Source of the DNA: a virus
Taxonomy: Duplodnaviria > Caudoviricetes
IMG/VR virus record: IMGVR_UViG_3300034071_001210
Span: 1-64,000 of that record
DNA: 64,000 nt
Strand: one strand, 5' to 3'
Shown: positions 20,233 to 29,623 of the stretch, piece after piece
Layout of the letters: each line of letters starts with the position of its first letter
Numbering within the stretch: the first letter of the stretch is position 1
Translations under genes and position numbers: made by a program
Notes under the pieces: generated by a model
Told to the model about the DNA's origin: nothing
The model's input: the letters and a program-made list of their open reading frames with translations, nothing else
Database searches by the model: none

Positions 20233-21042
20233 TTATCTAGTTAATAAATTCTCATAGCACTGCAATCCTTTAGAATCCATCTCATTAAAAAACGCAAGAG
20301 ATAGATCATTATTTACAATACTAATATGTGGACCAAATTTTGTTCCATGTGTATTTTTAATTTCTGGTTGATTTACATAATTAAAAAATTCGCTAATATT
20401 TTTATCAGTAATCTGATCCCATACTCGAGTACCAATTGTTGGTATTGTGTCATACTCTACACACCATTTAACACATTCTAATGTTCGCATACTACCAGTA
20501 ATTATATGGTTATTTTTAATATTTCGATTTTGCAAATATGAAACATGTGATTTGGCATCAATAGATTGTTCTTCCATTCTTCCAGGAATGATTGATAAGT
20601 ATTTAATATCATATGATAGAGCTAGAAGTGCAGTTGCTGCATCAGATGTGCCTGTAACATTTAATTTATAACTCTTTTTATGTTTTTGAGCAATCTTTAA
20701 TGCATGTTCAAATGGGGGGATTTTAATACATACCTGAACATTATTATTAGTAAATTTTGGTAATAGATCTATAAATTTTATAAAAGTTTTTTCTTCTACG
20801 ATAGATGAGGGAAATTGTATATGCAATTCCCCCAAATTATCTTGACGAATATCTGAAATAATATCTCCCAAGATTTTAGATTTTTCAATCCATTGATTTA
20901 AAGTTAAATCACCAGTTTTAAAAAATGCGTTAGGATTAGTAGTAATTCCTAACATACATTCCTTGGAAGAATGTGTTTTGATTTTAGTCCATAGATCTTT
21001 GATGTAAGTTGTATCTGCCGTATCAATAAAATAATTAAACAT
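20233..21042 (-). CDS. Divergent transaldolase/fructose-6-phosphate aldolase family protein
   Basis: FIDTAD, GITTNP, Schiff-base Lys in CIKIP, LNVT, S-x-x-x-GR and GSMR motifs. Confidence 0.8.
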   Translation of the reverse strand: MFNYFIDTADTTYIKDLWTKIKTHSSKECMLGITTNPNAFFKTGDLTLNQWIEKSKILGDIISDIRQDNLGELHIQFPSSIVEEKTFIKFIDLLPKFTNNNVQVCIKIPPFEHALKIAQKHKKSYKLNVTGTSDAATALLALSYDIKYLSIIPGRMEEQSIDAKSHVSYLQNRNIKNNHIITGSMRTLECVKWCVEYDTIPTIGTRVWDQITDKNISEFFNYVNQPEIKNTHGTKFGPHISIVNNDLSLAFFNEMDSKGLQCYENLLTR

Positions 21043-21400
21043 TTGTTTGTTCCTTAGTTAATAAAAAAGTATATGTATCTGCCCAGTTTTCAAATCGGTA
21101 TCCCTTATCATCAATGAAATAATCCACATGTGGTTTAGCAAAAAGTAATTCATCAAATGGTATATTCCATTTGTTCAACCATTGTGTTAATTTTAATGAA
21201 TGTTCTGCAATAATTTTTCCTTGATTATTCTCAAATGTTTTCATACCTCGAGCAGTATGAATTATAATATAATAACCTTTTTGTTTTAATAAATTTAAAG
21301 TTTTAACTGCACCATCCATTGGTTCAACATCATAATATTGTTGATTTATATTTTTATTTTGACAAATTGTCCCATCCATATCTACACATATTTTTAACAT
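21035..21400 (-). CDS. Capless HAD phosphatase (EcbF/BcbF capsule-phosphatase-like)
   Basis: DMDGT, HTARG, KP and FIDDK HAD motifs I-IV; 121 aa. Confidence 0.85.
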   Translation of the reverse strand: MLKICVDMDGTICQNKNINQQYYDVEPMDGAVKTLNLLKQKGYYIIIHTARGMKTFENNQGKIIAEHSLKLTQWLNKWNIPFDELLFAKPHVDYFIDDKGYRFENWADTYTFLLTKEQTNV

Positions 21401-21402
21401 AT

Positions 21403-22380
21403 TTAATTCAATGCCTCATTTAATAATTTGACACCAGTTATATACATTGCTTTTTGTCTATTTATATCATCATAATGTCTAGCACACATACTAACAAAAA
21501 TTAAACCTTGAATTAAAGAATATACAGCATAGTCATTGGGTGTTGTATAACTTTTAAAAATATTTAATGCTATATTTTTATTATCTGAATATGAATACTC
21601 TAAAGAATAATTAAATTTATTTTCTTCTGTTAGTTTATATTCATCATAGATAAAATATTCATAGCCACCATCAATTGAATGAAGTAACTTTGAATAATCA
21701 TATATACTTGAACCATAACATCCCTTGGAACCAAACGATCCACGGGGGTCAATAAATTTTATAGTTTTATCTGGTAAAGTTGAATTATAACCTAATAAAA
21801 TATTTGAAAAACACATATCACCATGAATAAAATTAAAATTACGATTATTTTTAATTATTTCAATTAGTCGTATTTTAATACTTGGCCATATTTTTTCAAA
21901 ATTTAAATATTTCTTTTTATTTAAAATAAAACATTCTGCAGAACATAATTCAGTAAAATAATTAAATTTAGTTTTTAAATTTAAATATTCATTTTCTGTT
22001 TTATCTATAAACATTTCTAAAATATACTTCTCTGCTTGATCATCAGATATATCAGATTTAGTATTTTTAAATTTTTCAATACTATTAAATAAAAGAGTTA
22101 TAATAGATTCCCAAAATTTTAATCCATGTGATTGGTGAATAAAATAATAAGCAATATTTTTATAACTATAATATTCTAATTCTAAATTGTAAGGTTTTTG
22201 AGTTTGATTAAAAGAATATATTTGAGGAAAATAACATTTTAATTCATTGGGAATTTGTTTATAATATTCAATTTCATCTAGCAACCTATCAGTTTCACTA
22301 CTTTTAAGTATTGATAAATTATCGATATTATATGTTATTCTATTATAGGCTCTGGTTATAAACGGCATTAAAAATTTCAT
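21403..22380 (-). CDS. APH/choline-kinase-fold sugar kinase (capsule-locus type)
   Basis: HGDMCFSNIL catalytic loop, IDPRG and YDYSKL motifs; start may be 22368. Confidence 0.8.
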   Translation of the reverse strand: MKFLMPFITRAYNRITYNIDNLSILKSSETDRLLDEIEYYKQIPNELKCYFPQIYSFNQTQKPYNLELEYYSYKNIAYYFIHQSHGLKFWESIITLLFNSIEKFKNTKSDISDDQAEKYILEMFIDKTENEYLNLKTKFNYFTELCSAECFILNKKKYLNFEKIWPSIKIRLIEIIKNNRNFNFIHGDMCFSNILLGYNSTLPDKTIKFIDPRGSFGSKGCYGSSIYDYSKLLHSIDGGYEYFIYDEYKLTEENKFNYSLEYSYSDNKNIALNIFKSYTTPNDYAVYSLIQGLIFVSMCARHYDDINRQKAMYITGVKLLNEALN

Positions 22381-22957
22381 CCACTGTAATAATATTTAAG
22401 TTATAAATTTTTGCAAATTCAAAGATTTGCTCACCCTTTGTCATTGTACCATCATCATTCATGATTTCAATGATTACTGAAATTGGTTTAAAACCTGCTA
22501 ACTTAACCAACTCCAAAGAAGATTCTGTATGACCACGCCGATCCTTTAACAAATTTGGTTTGCCACATAGTGGAAATAGGTGACCTGGTTGTGCCAAGTC
22601 AGATGGTTTACATTCATCATTTACAAACGTTTGGATAGTCTTTAAGCGATCATATACAGACATACCTGTACTAGTATCCTTTGTTGCATCAATAGATGTA
22701 GCAAAAGGAGTTCCCAGAGTATCTAAATTATTTGAATTCATCATTTTGATATTAAACTGGTCTAGTTTAACTTGAGTACATGGAATACACATCAATCCTT
22801 TCGCATGTCTCATAGCAAAAATTAAATTATATTTTGTTACTGCTTCGGCAGCAATAACAATGTCAGCTTCATCTTCTCGATTCGAATCATCAATGATGAT
22901 AACTGGTCTTCCATTTTTAACATCATTCAAGATTACGTTTAATTTTGTGTGTTCCAT
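22343..22957 (-). CDS. ribB: 3,4-dihydroxy-2-butanone-4-phosphate synthase
   Basis: DD.NREDEAD, GLMC, TGMS..DR, PGHLFPL, RRGHTE and EIMNDDG motifs. Confidence 0.93.
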   Translation of the reverse strand: MEHTKLNVILNDVKNGRPVIIIDDSNREDEADIVIAAEAVTKYNLIFAMRHAKGLMCIPCTQVKLDQFNIKMMNSNNLDTLGTPFATSIDATKDTSTGMSVYDRLKTIQTFVNDECKPSDLAQPGHLFPLCGKPNLLKDRRGHTESSLELVKLAGFKPISVIIEIMNDDGTMTKGEQIFEFAKIYNLNIITVDEIFNAVYNQSL

Positions 22958-23001
22958 ATATAAGAGTCAATCCTTTAAATTAGTATAGTGTCGTTGATAA
23001 C

Positions 23002-23029
23002 AATATATAGTGAGATTATAAGATGTCAA
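23002..23029 (-). promoter_or_regulatory. Sigma70-type promoter TTGACA-N16-TATATT for the ribB sub-operon
   Basis: Sits in the only sizeable intergenic gap of the island and begins CTTGACATCTT like the island's main promoter. Confidence 0.6.
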
Positions 23030-23056
23030 GTTATTATTGATACTTATTTTTTATTT

Positions 23057-23893
23057 TTATGCTATAGGGTTTCTTGATAAAATAATACCTTTATTGCCTT
23101 CTGTGCTTTTTAATTTTTTTATTTGACGTAGATCAATTCCTTGTTTTTGTAAATTGTAGACAGGTAATCGGTGAGGATTAATAAATTCCTTTAATAGGGT
23201 AGGTTCTTTTAATTCTTCAAATAATATATCATAGTTATTATACAAAGAATTTAATTTTGTTATGATTTTTTCATCACCAATAGCCCACCAATCATTTAGT
23301 TCTTCATCATAATTTAAATCTTTACGAATTTGTCTTAGTGCTGATTCTGTTGGCCAAGGTGGTGTAAGTATATTAAAATCTTCATACAATTTTATAGGTT
23401 TAAAAAAAATAAAATCACATCTTGATTTTATAACTACGTTATATTTTTTATTTGTTGTAAGCTGGTGTTTCTGCTTTAATTGTTCTACATCAGACCACTT
23501 ATACCACATCGAACAATTAGCTAAAATTCTATTAAATTTAATATTTTCATTTATTGTACCATTTATAATTAAGGAATCCCTCAATTCATATATTTTATGT
23601 GTTTTGTGTTTAAATGTTTCTTTTTTATCGTTAAAATTTTCTATATTACAATATACTGGATTAAAAATATCCCTAATTTTACTTTCATCAATAAGCTCTC
23701 CAGATACAATACCATCATTTTGATTTTCATCATAATAAAAATGTGATCTAAGACCAGTATCATTCCAGGTACTAATAAAAATATCAAAAGTACACGATGG
23801 ATTTACTTTAAATATATACTTTTCATAAGAATCATATAAAGCTTTAAAATTTGTTGTTCTAAAATGCCCCGATAATAATATTGCAATATTCAT
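23057..23893 (-). CDS. Uncharacterised glycosyltransferase-like protein (xIAI-x-LSG-x-x-R family), paralogue 1
   Basis: MNIAILLSGHFR, DIFISTW, SMWYK and YNVVIKSRCD motifs. Confidence 0.55.
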   Translation of the reverse strand: MNIAILLSGHFRTTNFKALYDSYEKYIFKVNPSCTFDIFISTWNDTGLRSHFYYDENQNDGIVSGELIDESKIRDIFNPVYCNIENFNDKKETFKHKTHKIYELRDSLIINGTINENIKFNRILANCSMWYKWSDVEQLKQKHQLTTNKKYNVVIKSRCDFIFFKPIKLYEDFNILTPPWPTESALRQIRKDLNYDEELNDWWAIGDEKIITKLNSLYNNYDILFEELKEPTLLKEFINPHRLPVYNLQKQGIDLRQIKKLKSTEGNKGIILSRNPIA

Positions 23894-24327
23894 AGTAATT
23901 GTTTATATTTGATAGGATAATCCGTGCAGATGCCATATGCATTATCATAAGATACACCTGGTTGCAGTTCTGGTAATACGCATATAGAATTAGAAGTCAA
24001 CATATTATTTTTAAAAGTCCATAAATAATTTTTACTTGTTAATACAACTTTATCAGTTTCATGCCAAAAACAATGAAGTTTGGAATTAACCATATATTCA
24101 AGAGCTTCAATATTTTTGGCATGACACCATAAAGGAAGGTCTTTTAAAAAATTTTCATTAATAGGATATTGTGGTGAGTCATGTCCCAAAAATAATGTTC
24201 CGGATATATACCAAACGTCAATTTCAACATCAAAACCAATAGAGACGGCTGCTTCGATATAATCTGGATGATTTTCCCAATTTATGTCTTGTCCAATAAG
24301 ATTCCCTCGGTGAGATATTATCTTCAT
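23890..24327 (-). CDS. Short PLC-like/glycerophosphodiester phosphodiesterase-fold protein
   Basis: ISHRGN, EN, DVEIDV, LGHD, WCHAKN and GICTD motifs. Confidence 0.8.
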   Translation of the reverse strand: MKIISHRGNLIGQDINWENHPDYIEAAVSIGFDVEIDVWYISGTLFLGHDSPQYPINENFLKDLPLWCHAKNIEALEYMVNSKLHCFWHETDKVVLTSKNYLWTFKNNMLTSNSICVLPELQPGVSYDNAYGICTDYPIKYKQLL

Positions 24328-24342
24328 ATATATGTTAGAGTA

Positions 24343-25536
24343 TTATGTACTCTTTCCCCATTTAACAATTGCTTCATGATATTCCTTTCCATGAGTTTTA
24401 TCAATTGATTGTCTCATGGCTTTAGCACCCGATAAAGTTCCATTTGGATGTCCATGGACAGCACCACCAGCATTTCCAAGATAATCATTACCAACCAAAG
24501 ATGTAATCCTGTCAACTAAACCCGGATGAAGACCACAACTCAAAGCAGGAAGGGTATTTCCATCACGAAGAATTCTAATGCATTCAAGAATTTCGTCTTC
24601 ATCGTCATTACTGTATCCACCAACCATTCCAGTTTGTATCGTATCAGCACCCATAAGAGTAGCCAATTGGCATATAACGGTCCAACTAATACTAAACTGA
24701 TTGTTTATACTAGTAGAAACTTTCGCACCACTACTTTGAAAATGTATATACATTGGCAAATCTAGTTTTCGGATGCTATTGTATACCCCGTAGCCACTCC
24801 ATACATTTATATGAACTCCATTGCCTCCAAGAGAATAAATTCTTTTAACACGATCCACGAGGATATGTGGATCACAATTTATTGTATGACAAAAAACAAC
24901 ATTCCTAGATTGTGAGTTCAAATAATTTGAAATTAGGTCTACTCTTTTATCAAGAGTACAGAAAGAAGGATTGGACATTATCTCATCTTCCTTAATAAAG
25001 TCAACACCACCATCAACAAGTTCTTTAACCATATCTAAAAGGGTTTCAGGACTTATTCCTATCTTGGGTTTGATAATTGCACCAAATAAAGGTTTATCAT
25101 ATTGACCCGTAAACTTTCTCATTCCAGTTATACCAAATTTTGGTCCCAAGAAATGCTGTGTAACTGTCTTAGGTAAATCAAGTTTGATAAGACGACACTT
25201 CTTAATTAAATCAATATCAACATGACCGCCCATGATTTGGCACAACAAATGACTTATTCCATCTGTTTCCCAATCGGTATTAATTACAGGAAATGCAATT
25301 TTAACATCTCCAGATAATTTCTTCTGTAAATCTAATTCATCTCCAAGTACTAGACAAGAATGGTTTTTAAATAGATCTTCGGTTTCCCACCGATTTCTTA
25401 CATTGGGATTTCCAACACTTTGTCCGATAGCAATATTCCAAGCAGCATCTCGTAGATTTGTATTTGATTCTATTCTATATGTTACTACAAAATATTTTTC
25501 TTTATCTAGTTCACGTTCACACACAAATATATTCAT
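24343..25536 (-). CDS. RuBisCO large-subunit superfamily protein (RuBisCO-like protein, probably non-carboxylating)
   Basis: GPKFG, IIKPKIG, signature GVDFIKEDE, LSCGLHPG and GGAVHGHP; lacks several carboxylase residues. Confidence 0.93.
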   Translation of the reverse strand: MNIFVCERELDKEKYFVVTYRIESNTNLRDAAWNIAIGQSVGNPNVRNRWETEDLFKNHSCLVLGDELDLQKKLSGDVKIAFPVINTDWETDGISHLLCQIMGGHVDIDLIKKCRLIKLDLPKTVTQHFLGPKFGITGMRKFTGQYDKPLFGAIIKPKIGISPETLLDMVKELVDGGVDFIKEDEIMSNPSFCTLDKRVDLISNYLNSQSRNVVFCHTINCDPHILVDRVKRIYSLGGNGVHINVWSGYGVYNSIRKLDLPMYIHFQSSGAKVSTSINNQFSISWTVICQLATLMGADTIQTGMVGGYSNDDEDEILECIRILRDGNTLPALSCGLHPGLVDRITSLVGNDYLGNAGGAVHGHPNGTLSGAKAMRQSIDKTHGKEYHEAIVKWGKST

Positions 25537-25539
25537 AAT

Positions 25540-25869
25540 TTATTCCTTATATTCGTTATATTTATCACCTATAACTGATGGTGTTTTTATACATAATACT
25601 TTACAATCTTCCAGAAATCTTGGTGTAGATGATTCATTAGGATCTATTACAAAAATATCTCCAACATGTATTTGTATATTATTTACAGTCATACTTCCAC
25701 TTAAAAGAACATTTATTTCTGTAGCAAGCTTATGATGATGTGGTGCCCAATATTCATCTTTAGTATGAGTTAACACCCCAACTTCAAATTCTGTAGTACG
25801 TAGAACAGATGGTACAAAATCACCAATAAACCAACCACGCAACATATCTTTTATTTTAAATAATTTCAT
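25540..25869 (-). CDS. Cupin-domain protein
   Basis: RGWFIGDF, H-H-H-K...E-I-N metal motif, GDIFVI and K.PS...DK. Confidence 0.8.
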   Translation of the reverse strand: MKLFKIKDMLRGWFIGDFVPSVLRTTEFEVGVLTHTKDEYWAPHHHKLATEINVLLSGSMTVNNIQIHVGDIFVIDPNESSTPRFLEDCKVLCIKTPSVIGDKYNEYKE

Positions 25870-26558
25870 AATATATATTCTTTAATTTTTGTAGCGGTAG
25901 CAACACCCCAATCATGTTCCAAAGTTGTTAAATGTTTTTGTTTTACATAATAGTCTGAATCAATGGCTTCATATACACAATATGGACCCGGATGATAATT
26001 TGTATCATGCATTAAAACATGTCCACCTAAATTTAAAAGATTAGTAAATCTCCAATCCTTTACAACTTGATCCACAGAATGCCAACCATCTATAATGAAC
26101 AAGTCTACCATCCCTACATTTAAATAATTTAAATATCCAACAATTTGTTCATAATTACTAGAATTTGTAGCCAATCCAAAATTATTTAAACTTTCATTAT
26201 ATATTGTATCAATCAAACCTTGTTGTAAGTCTACCCCAATATATTTGGTATGCAAAGATTTATTTTTTAAAATAAATTGAGTAGAAGAGTATTCTCTACT
26301 TCGGTTAACTCCAATTTCCAAAATAACATTTAATTTATTTTTTTGTTCTAAATCATCCATCAATGACTTTAAAACTTGTTTATTATTTTCTGAAAATTCT
26401 TGAGTAATTTTGTTATGCTTATCTTGAATATTTGTTAAGACCCCATCAATATATGCTTCAGGAATCCAATCATCTGAATTTTTATATTCAATTAAATCAG
26501 GAATAAATTTTAACCCTTTTATATCAGACGTGTTTTCATTATATTTAAATAATTTCAT
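25866..26558 (-). CDS. Class I SAM-dependent methyltransferase (Methyltransf_24-like)
   Basis: ILEIGV, YIGVD, DLFIIDGWH and GG.VLMHD motifs. Confidence 0.8.
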   Translation of the reverse strand: MKLFKYNENTSDIKGLKFIPDLIEYKNSDDWIPEAYIDGVLTNIQDKHNKITQEFSENNKQVLKSLMDDLEQKNKLNVILEIGVNRSREYSSTQFILKNKSLHTKYIGVDLQQGLIDTIYNESLNNFGLATNSSNYEQIVGYLNYLNVGMVDLFIIDGWHSVDQVVKDWRFTNLLNLGGHVLMHDTNYHPGPYCVYEAIDSDYYVKQKHLTTLEHDWGVATATKIKEYIL

Positions 26559-27385
26559 TACATGAACTTCCTTCCATTTATATCAATGTTTGTAAAGTAT
26601 TTAGTTGGTAAATCATAGAGATCTTTTTCAAAATAAGGATACATCATATGCATATTTATTTTAGGATCGGATAAAATATTTAAAAGATTGGGTGAATAAT
26701 TGGTATCCTTTACTCCATTCCATTTTTGTTCAAAAAGTTGTCTACAGACAGAATAATATTTTTGGCTTTCTGTATGCGCTGAATTTAAATCAGTCCCCGG
26801 TATTTTATAAACAATATGTGGTAATGGATTCCAGATTCTTAATTGTCTAGGATCATTTATACTAGTATGTTCGTGATTATATTTTATTGCTCTTAAAAAG
26901 TAATCACCTTCGTGATATCCTATAGTACAAAATCTTTCATCCCACATACCTATTTTTTTGACTGCTTCAGCAGTATAACTCATAAATCCACATCCTTGAG
27001 AAAAAGTTATTAAATTATATCTTTTATGATATAATAACAACTGTTCAAAAAAATTAGGGTGAAATATGTTATCATCATGACTGTGCATCAACAAATCACA
27101 ATCCGGATTATTTAAATCTTTAAAACCATTTATAAAAATTTCATTATAATTTCTACTTAAATGTCCACAAGAAAAATCCGGTCTCATAGTATTATGTAAA
27201 ACTTTAACTTTATCGTGATATTTTAAATCTAAGTTAAAATTACTATGGTTATTTACTATATAAACTTCTTTTGACCAATTATCATATACTGTATTTACGA
27301 ATAAATCAGTATTAAATAAAGAATCTAAAGTAGCATGCAGATCATTATACCGATTATAAGTAACTATATAAAATTTTAATTTCAT
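26558..27385 (-). CDS. GT2-like glycosyltransferase
   Basis: IVTYNR, IVNN, HDD, KKIGMWDERF and EGDYFLR motifs. Confidence 0.75.
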   Translation of the reverse strand: MKLKFYIVTYNRYNDLHATLDSLFNTDLFVNTVYDNWSKEVYIVNNHSNFNLDLKYHDKVKVLHNTMRPDFSCGHLSRNYNEIFINGFKDLNNPDCDLLMHSHDDNIFHPNFFEQLLLYHKRYNLITFSQGCGFMSYTAEAVKKIGMWDERFCTIGYHEGDYFLRAIKYNHEHTSINDPRQLRIWNPLPHIVYKIPGTDLNSAHTESQKYYSVCRQLFEQKWNGVKDTNYSPNLLNILSDPKINMHMMYPYFEKDLYDLPTKYFTNIDINGRKFM

Positions 27386-28119
27386 CTTTGTAATTCTCCG
27401 AATAAATTTATTTTTGTAACAGGAATATTTAAAACATTATCAATGTAATATGTCAATAAAGAATGACCACATGTTAATTTATTGGGGTCTGTTTTTAAAA
27501 AATATGGAACGACTTTAGTATTAACTTCCTTATAAATATTAAAAATTTTTAATAAATTTTGAGGAGATGAGATAATATAAAAATCGTGATATCCGTCAAG
27601 TGGATTACTAAGTGATATATAAATGTTATTAGGATTTAAATCTTTAATCTGGGGGGTATAGGTGGGTTTAAAATCTGGTCTACTACAAATTACAAGATCA
27701 TAATCTTGTTTTAATAAATATTGAACTCCAGTATATCGTTTATAATATTGAGAAAAAAACCATTCAAATCTTCTATCTTGATTATATTTTTTAGTTATAA
27801 TATTTTTTACTAAAAAAGATTTACTTTTAAAATTTTGTTTTAAAGCCACATCTTGGTAATTTTCCATAATTAATTTTTTACAATTATGAAGATTTTTTAA
27901 ATATTCTTCATCAAGTGCAGTTGGATCAAATTTTGCATTACATAATGCACCACGACTACAAATATCACCAGTATCTATCCTTTTACCATTGGTTTCATAT
28001 ATACTTAAATAAAAATCAGATAGACAGTCAAAAGGTTCCATAATAAATTGTCGCCAATTTTCTATTGTATAATCAAGTGTTCTATACTGTCCAGTTAATA
28101 ATAGTGCGGTTTTTAACAT
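27382..28119 (-). CDS. Uncharacterised glycosyltransferase-like protein, paralogue 2
   Basis: TALLLTGQYR, SQYYK and YDLVICSRPD motifs. Confidence 0.55.
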   Translation of the reverse strand: MLKTALLLTGQYRTLDYTIENWRQFIMEPFDCLSDFYLSIYETNGKRIDTGDICSRGALCNAKFDPTALDEEYLKNLHNCKKLIMENYQDVALKQNFKSKSFLVKNIITKKYNQDRRFEWFFSQYYKRYTGVQYLLKQDYDLVICSRPDFKPTYTPQIKDLNPNNIYISLSNPLDGYHDFYIISSPQNLLKIFNIYKEVNTKVVPYFLKTDPNKLTCGHSLLTYYIDNVLNIPVTKINLFGELQR

Positions 28120-28877
28120 ATAATTCTTTTTGATATAAATTCTTCTAAGTCTTTAGGAGTACCCAAAGAATAAAAACTAGTATCAGTCATTTGAAAATAT
28201 TTTATTTTATATTGTGGTAATAACTCATTAAAGGTTAAAGAAACATAAAATTCTCCATTATATGTTATATTTTTTTTAATTATATCTTCTGCAGATTTAA
28301 CAAAAGTATTCCCTTGTTTCCAAAAATGTATTCCATTTAACATTAATTTACTTATAGCAATCTTTTCTGAAAAGTTAATACCATAACCAAATTCATTTGT
28401 CTCAATAAAAGAGTAGGGAGTTTTTGAGAAAGGTATTATTGTATTTGGGTCTATATGGTTATATGTTGTAACAAGTGCATCACAATCAGGTTGATTTATT
28501 GTGTTTACAAAATTATCTAATTCACCAATATTCCAATTAATATACTGATCGCAATTTGTTACTATTAATTGTGAATCATTATCAATATATTTTTTTGCCA
28601 ACAGAACCGATTCTGCTGCTCCTTTAGTTAAAATTTTACTACTAATAATTCTAGCATTTGGATTGATGGTATATATCAAGTTCTGTAGACGATCATTCCA
28701 ATCTTTGTTATCATATTCTCTTATAATAAAAATATAATTTGCATTTGTTATACCTAAAGATTCTACAGAATGTTGTAAAATAGGTTTATTAAAAATTTTT
28801 ATTAAAGGTTTTGGGTCTAAATATCCCTCTTCTTTAAACCGTCTACCTTCTCCGACTAATGGTATCACTATATTCAT
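28113..28877 (-). CDS. Sugar-phosphate nucleotidyltransferase (NTP_transferase family, BcbE-like)
   Basis: IPLVGEGRRF...PKPLI, TKGAAESV, NCDQ, EK, NGEFYV and LGTP.DL motifs. Confidence 0.85.
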   Translation of the reverse strand: MNIVIPLVGEGRRFKEEGYLDPKPLIKIFNKPILQHSVESLGITNANYIFIIREYDNKDWNDRLQNLIYTINPNARIISSKILTKGAAESVLLAKKYIDNDSQLIVTNCDQYINWNIGELDNFVNTINQPDCDALVTTYNHIDPNTIIPFSKTPYSFIETNEFGYGINFSEKIAISKLMLNGIHFWKQGNTFVKSAEDIIKKNITYNGEFYVSLTFNELLPQYKIKYFQMTDTSFYSLGTPKDLEEFISKRIIC

Positions 28878-29623
28878 AGATATTTTAAATTTGTTCGTTG
28901 TATAAGATTTATTGAAAAATTAATTGGATTTATATTGAGAGTATTTTCATTTCTAACCCAGTGTCCAAGATAATTTTCTCCATATTTTGGATTTATTATT
29001 TTATTTAATCTTAAAAATTCAGGATAAACACTACAAAAGATATCCATATTTTGAGTATTAGAAAAAGCAAAAATATCTGGCATTGGTTTATTTGAATTGT
29101 TAAATGATTCTTGATCAAAAAAATATTTTTCTGGAATATTAATATTATTTAATTGTGTATTATATTCATTAAAATTAATTGAGTTAAAATATATTAAATC
29201 AGTTCTTGTTCTTAAAACCAAATCATATTTAAAATTACATTGTGTTTCATAATCTCGTTTTAAATTATTTGCCATATACATAGAATAAAATAAACTACAA
29301 AGATTATTTTGTTTAGCATTTTGCGATGATTCTGTTAGTTGAACGTATTTATCAAAGTTTTTTTGAGGTTCAATTAAATATTTTTTTGGTTTATATAAAT
29401 TTTTTATAATAATATCAGAGTCTTTTAAAAGAGTTCCAACACTATTTAATTGTAAATCCTGAGCCGAATTAAAAAATTTATTTATATCTTCTTTATCATA
29501 CCAAGTATGAATAAAAAAATCAATATCGTGTTCCAAATTAGGTTTTATGATATATTCATTTAAATATTCATATCCTAAATTTAAATATCGTGGTTGTCCC
29601 GATAAACAAATTGCAATTTTCAT
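28874..29623 (-). CDS. Uncharacterised glycosyltransferase-like protein, paralogue 3
   Basis: MKIAICLSGQPR, DFFIHTW, SLFYS, YDLVLRTRTD and DIFAF motifs. Confidence 0.55.
   Translation of the reverse strand: MKIAICLSGQPRYLNLGYEYLNEYIIKPNLEHDIDFFIHTWYDKEDINKFFNSAQDLQLNSVGTLLKDSDIIIKNLYKPKKYLIEPQKNFDKYVQLTESSQNAKQNNLCSLFYSMYMANNLKRDYETQCNFKYDLVLRTRTDLIYFNSINFNEYNTQLNNINIPEKYFFDQESFNNSNKPMPDIFAFSNTQNMDIFCSVYPEFLRLNKIINPKYGENYLGHWVRNENTLNINPINFSINLIQRTNLKYL

Noticed and set aside
20233-21042. Cyanophage talC, implying a cyanobacterial host
   Set aside because: The protein is divergent, sits in a glycan island, and no photosynthesis genes, cp12, zwf or gnd are present in the window.
24343-25536. 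Phage-encoded carbon fixation (true RuBisCO)
   Set aside because: Key carboxylase residues appear substituted, and there is no phosphoribulokinase, small subunit or AMP-pathway gene in the window.
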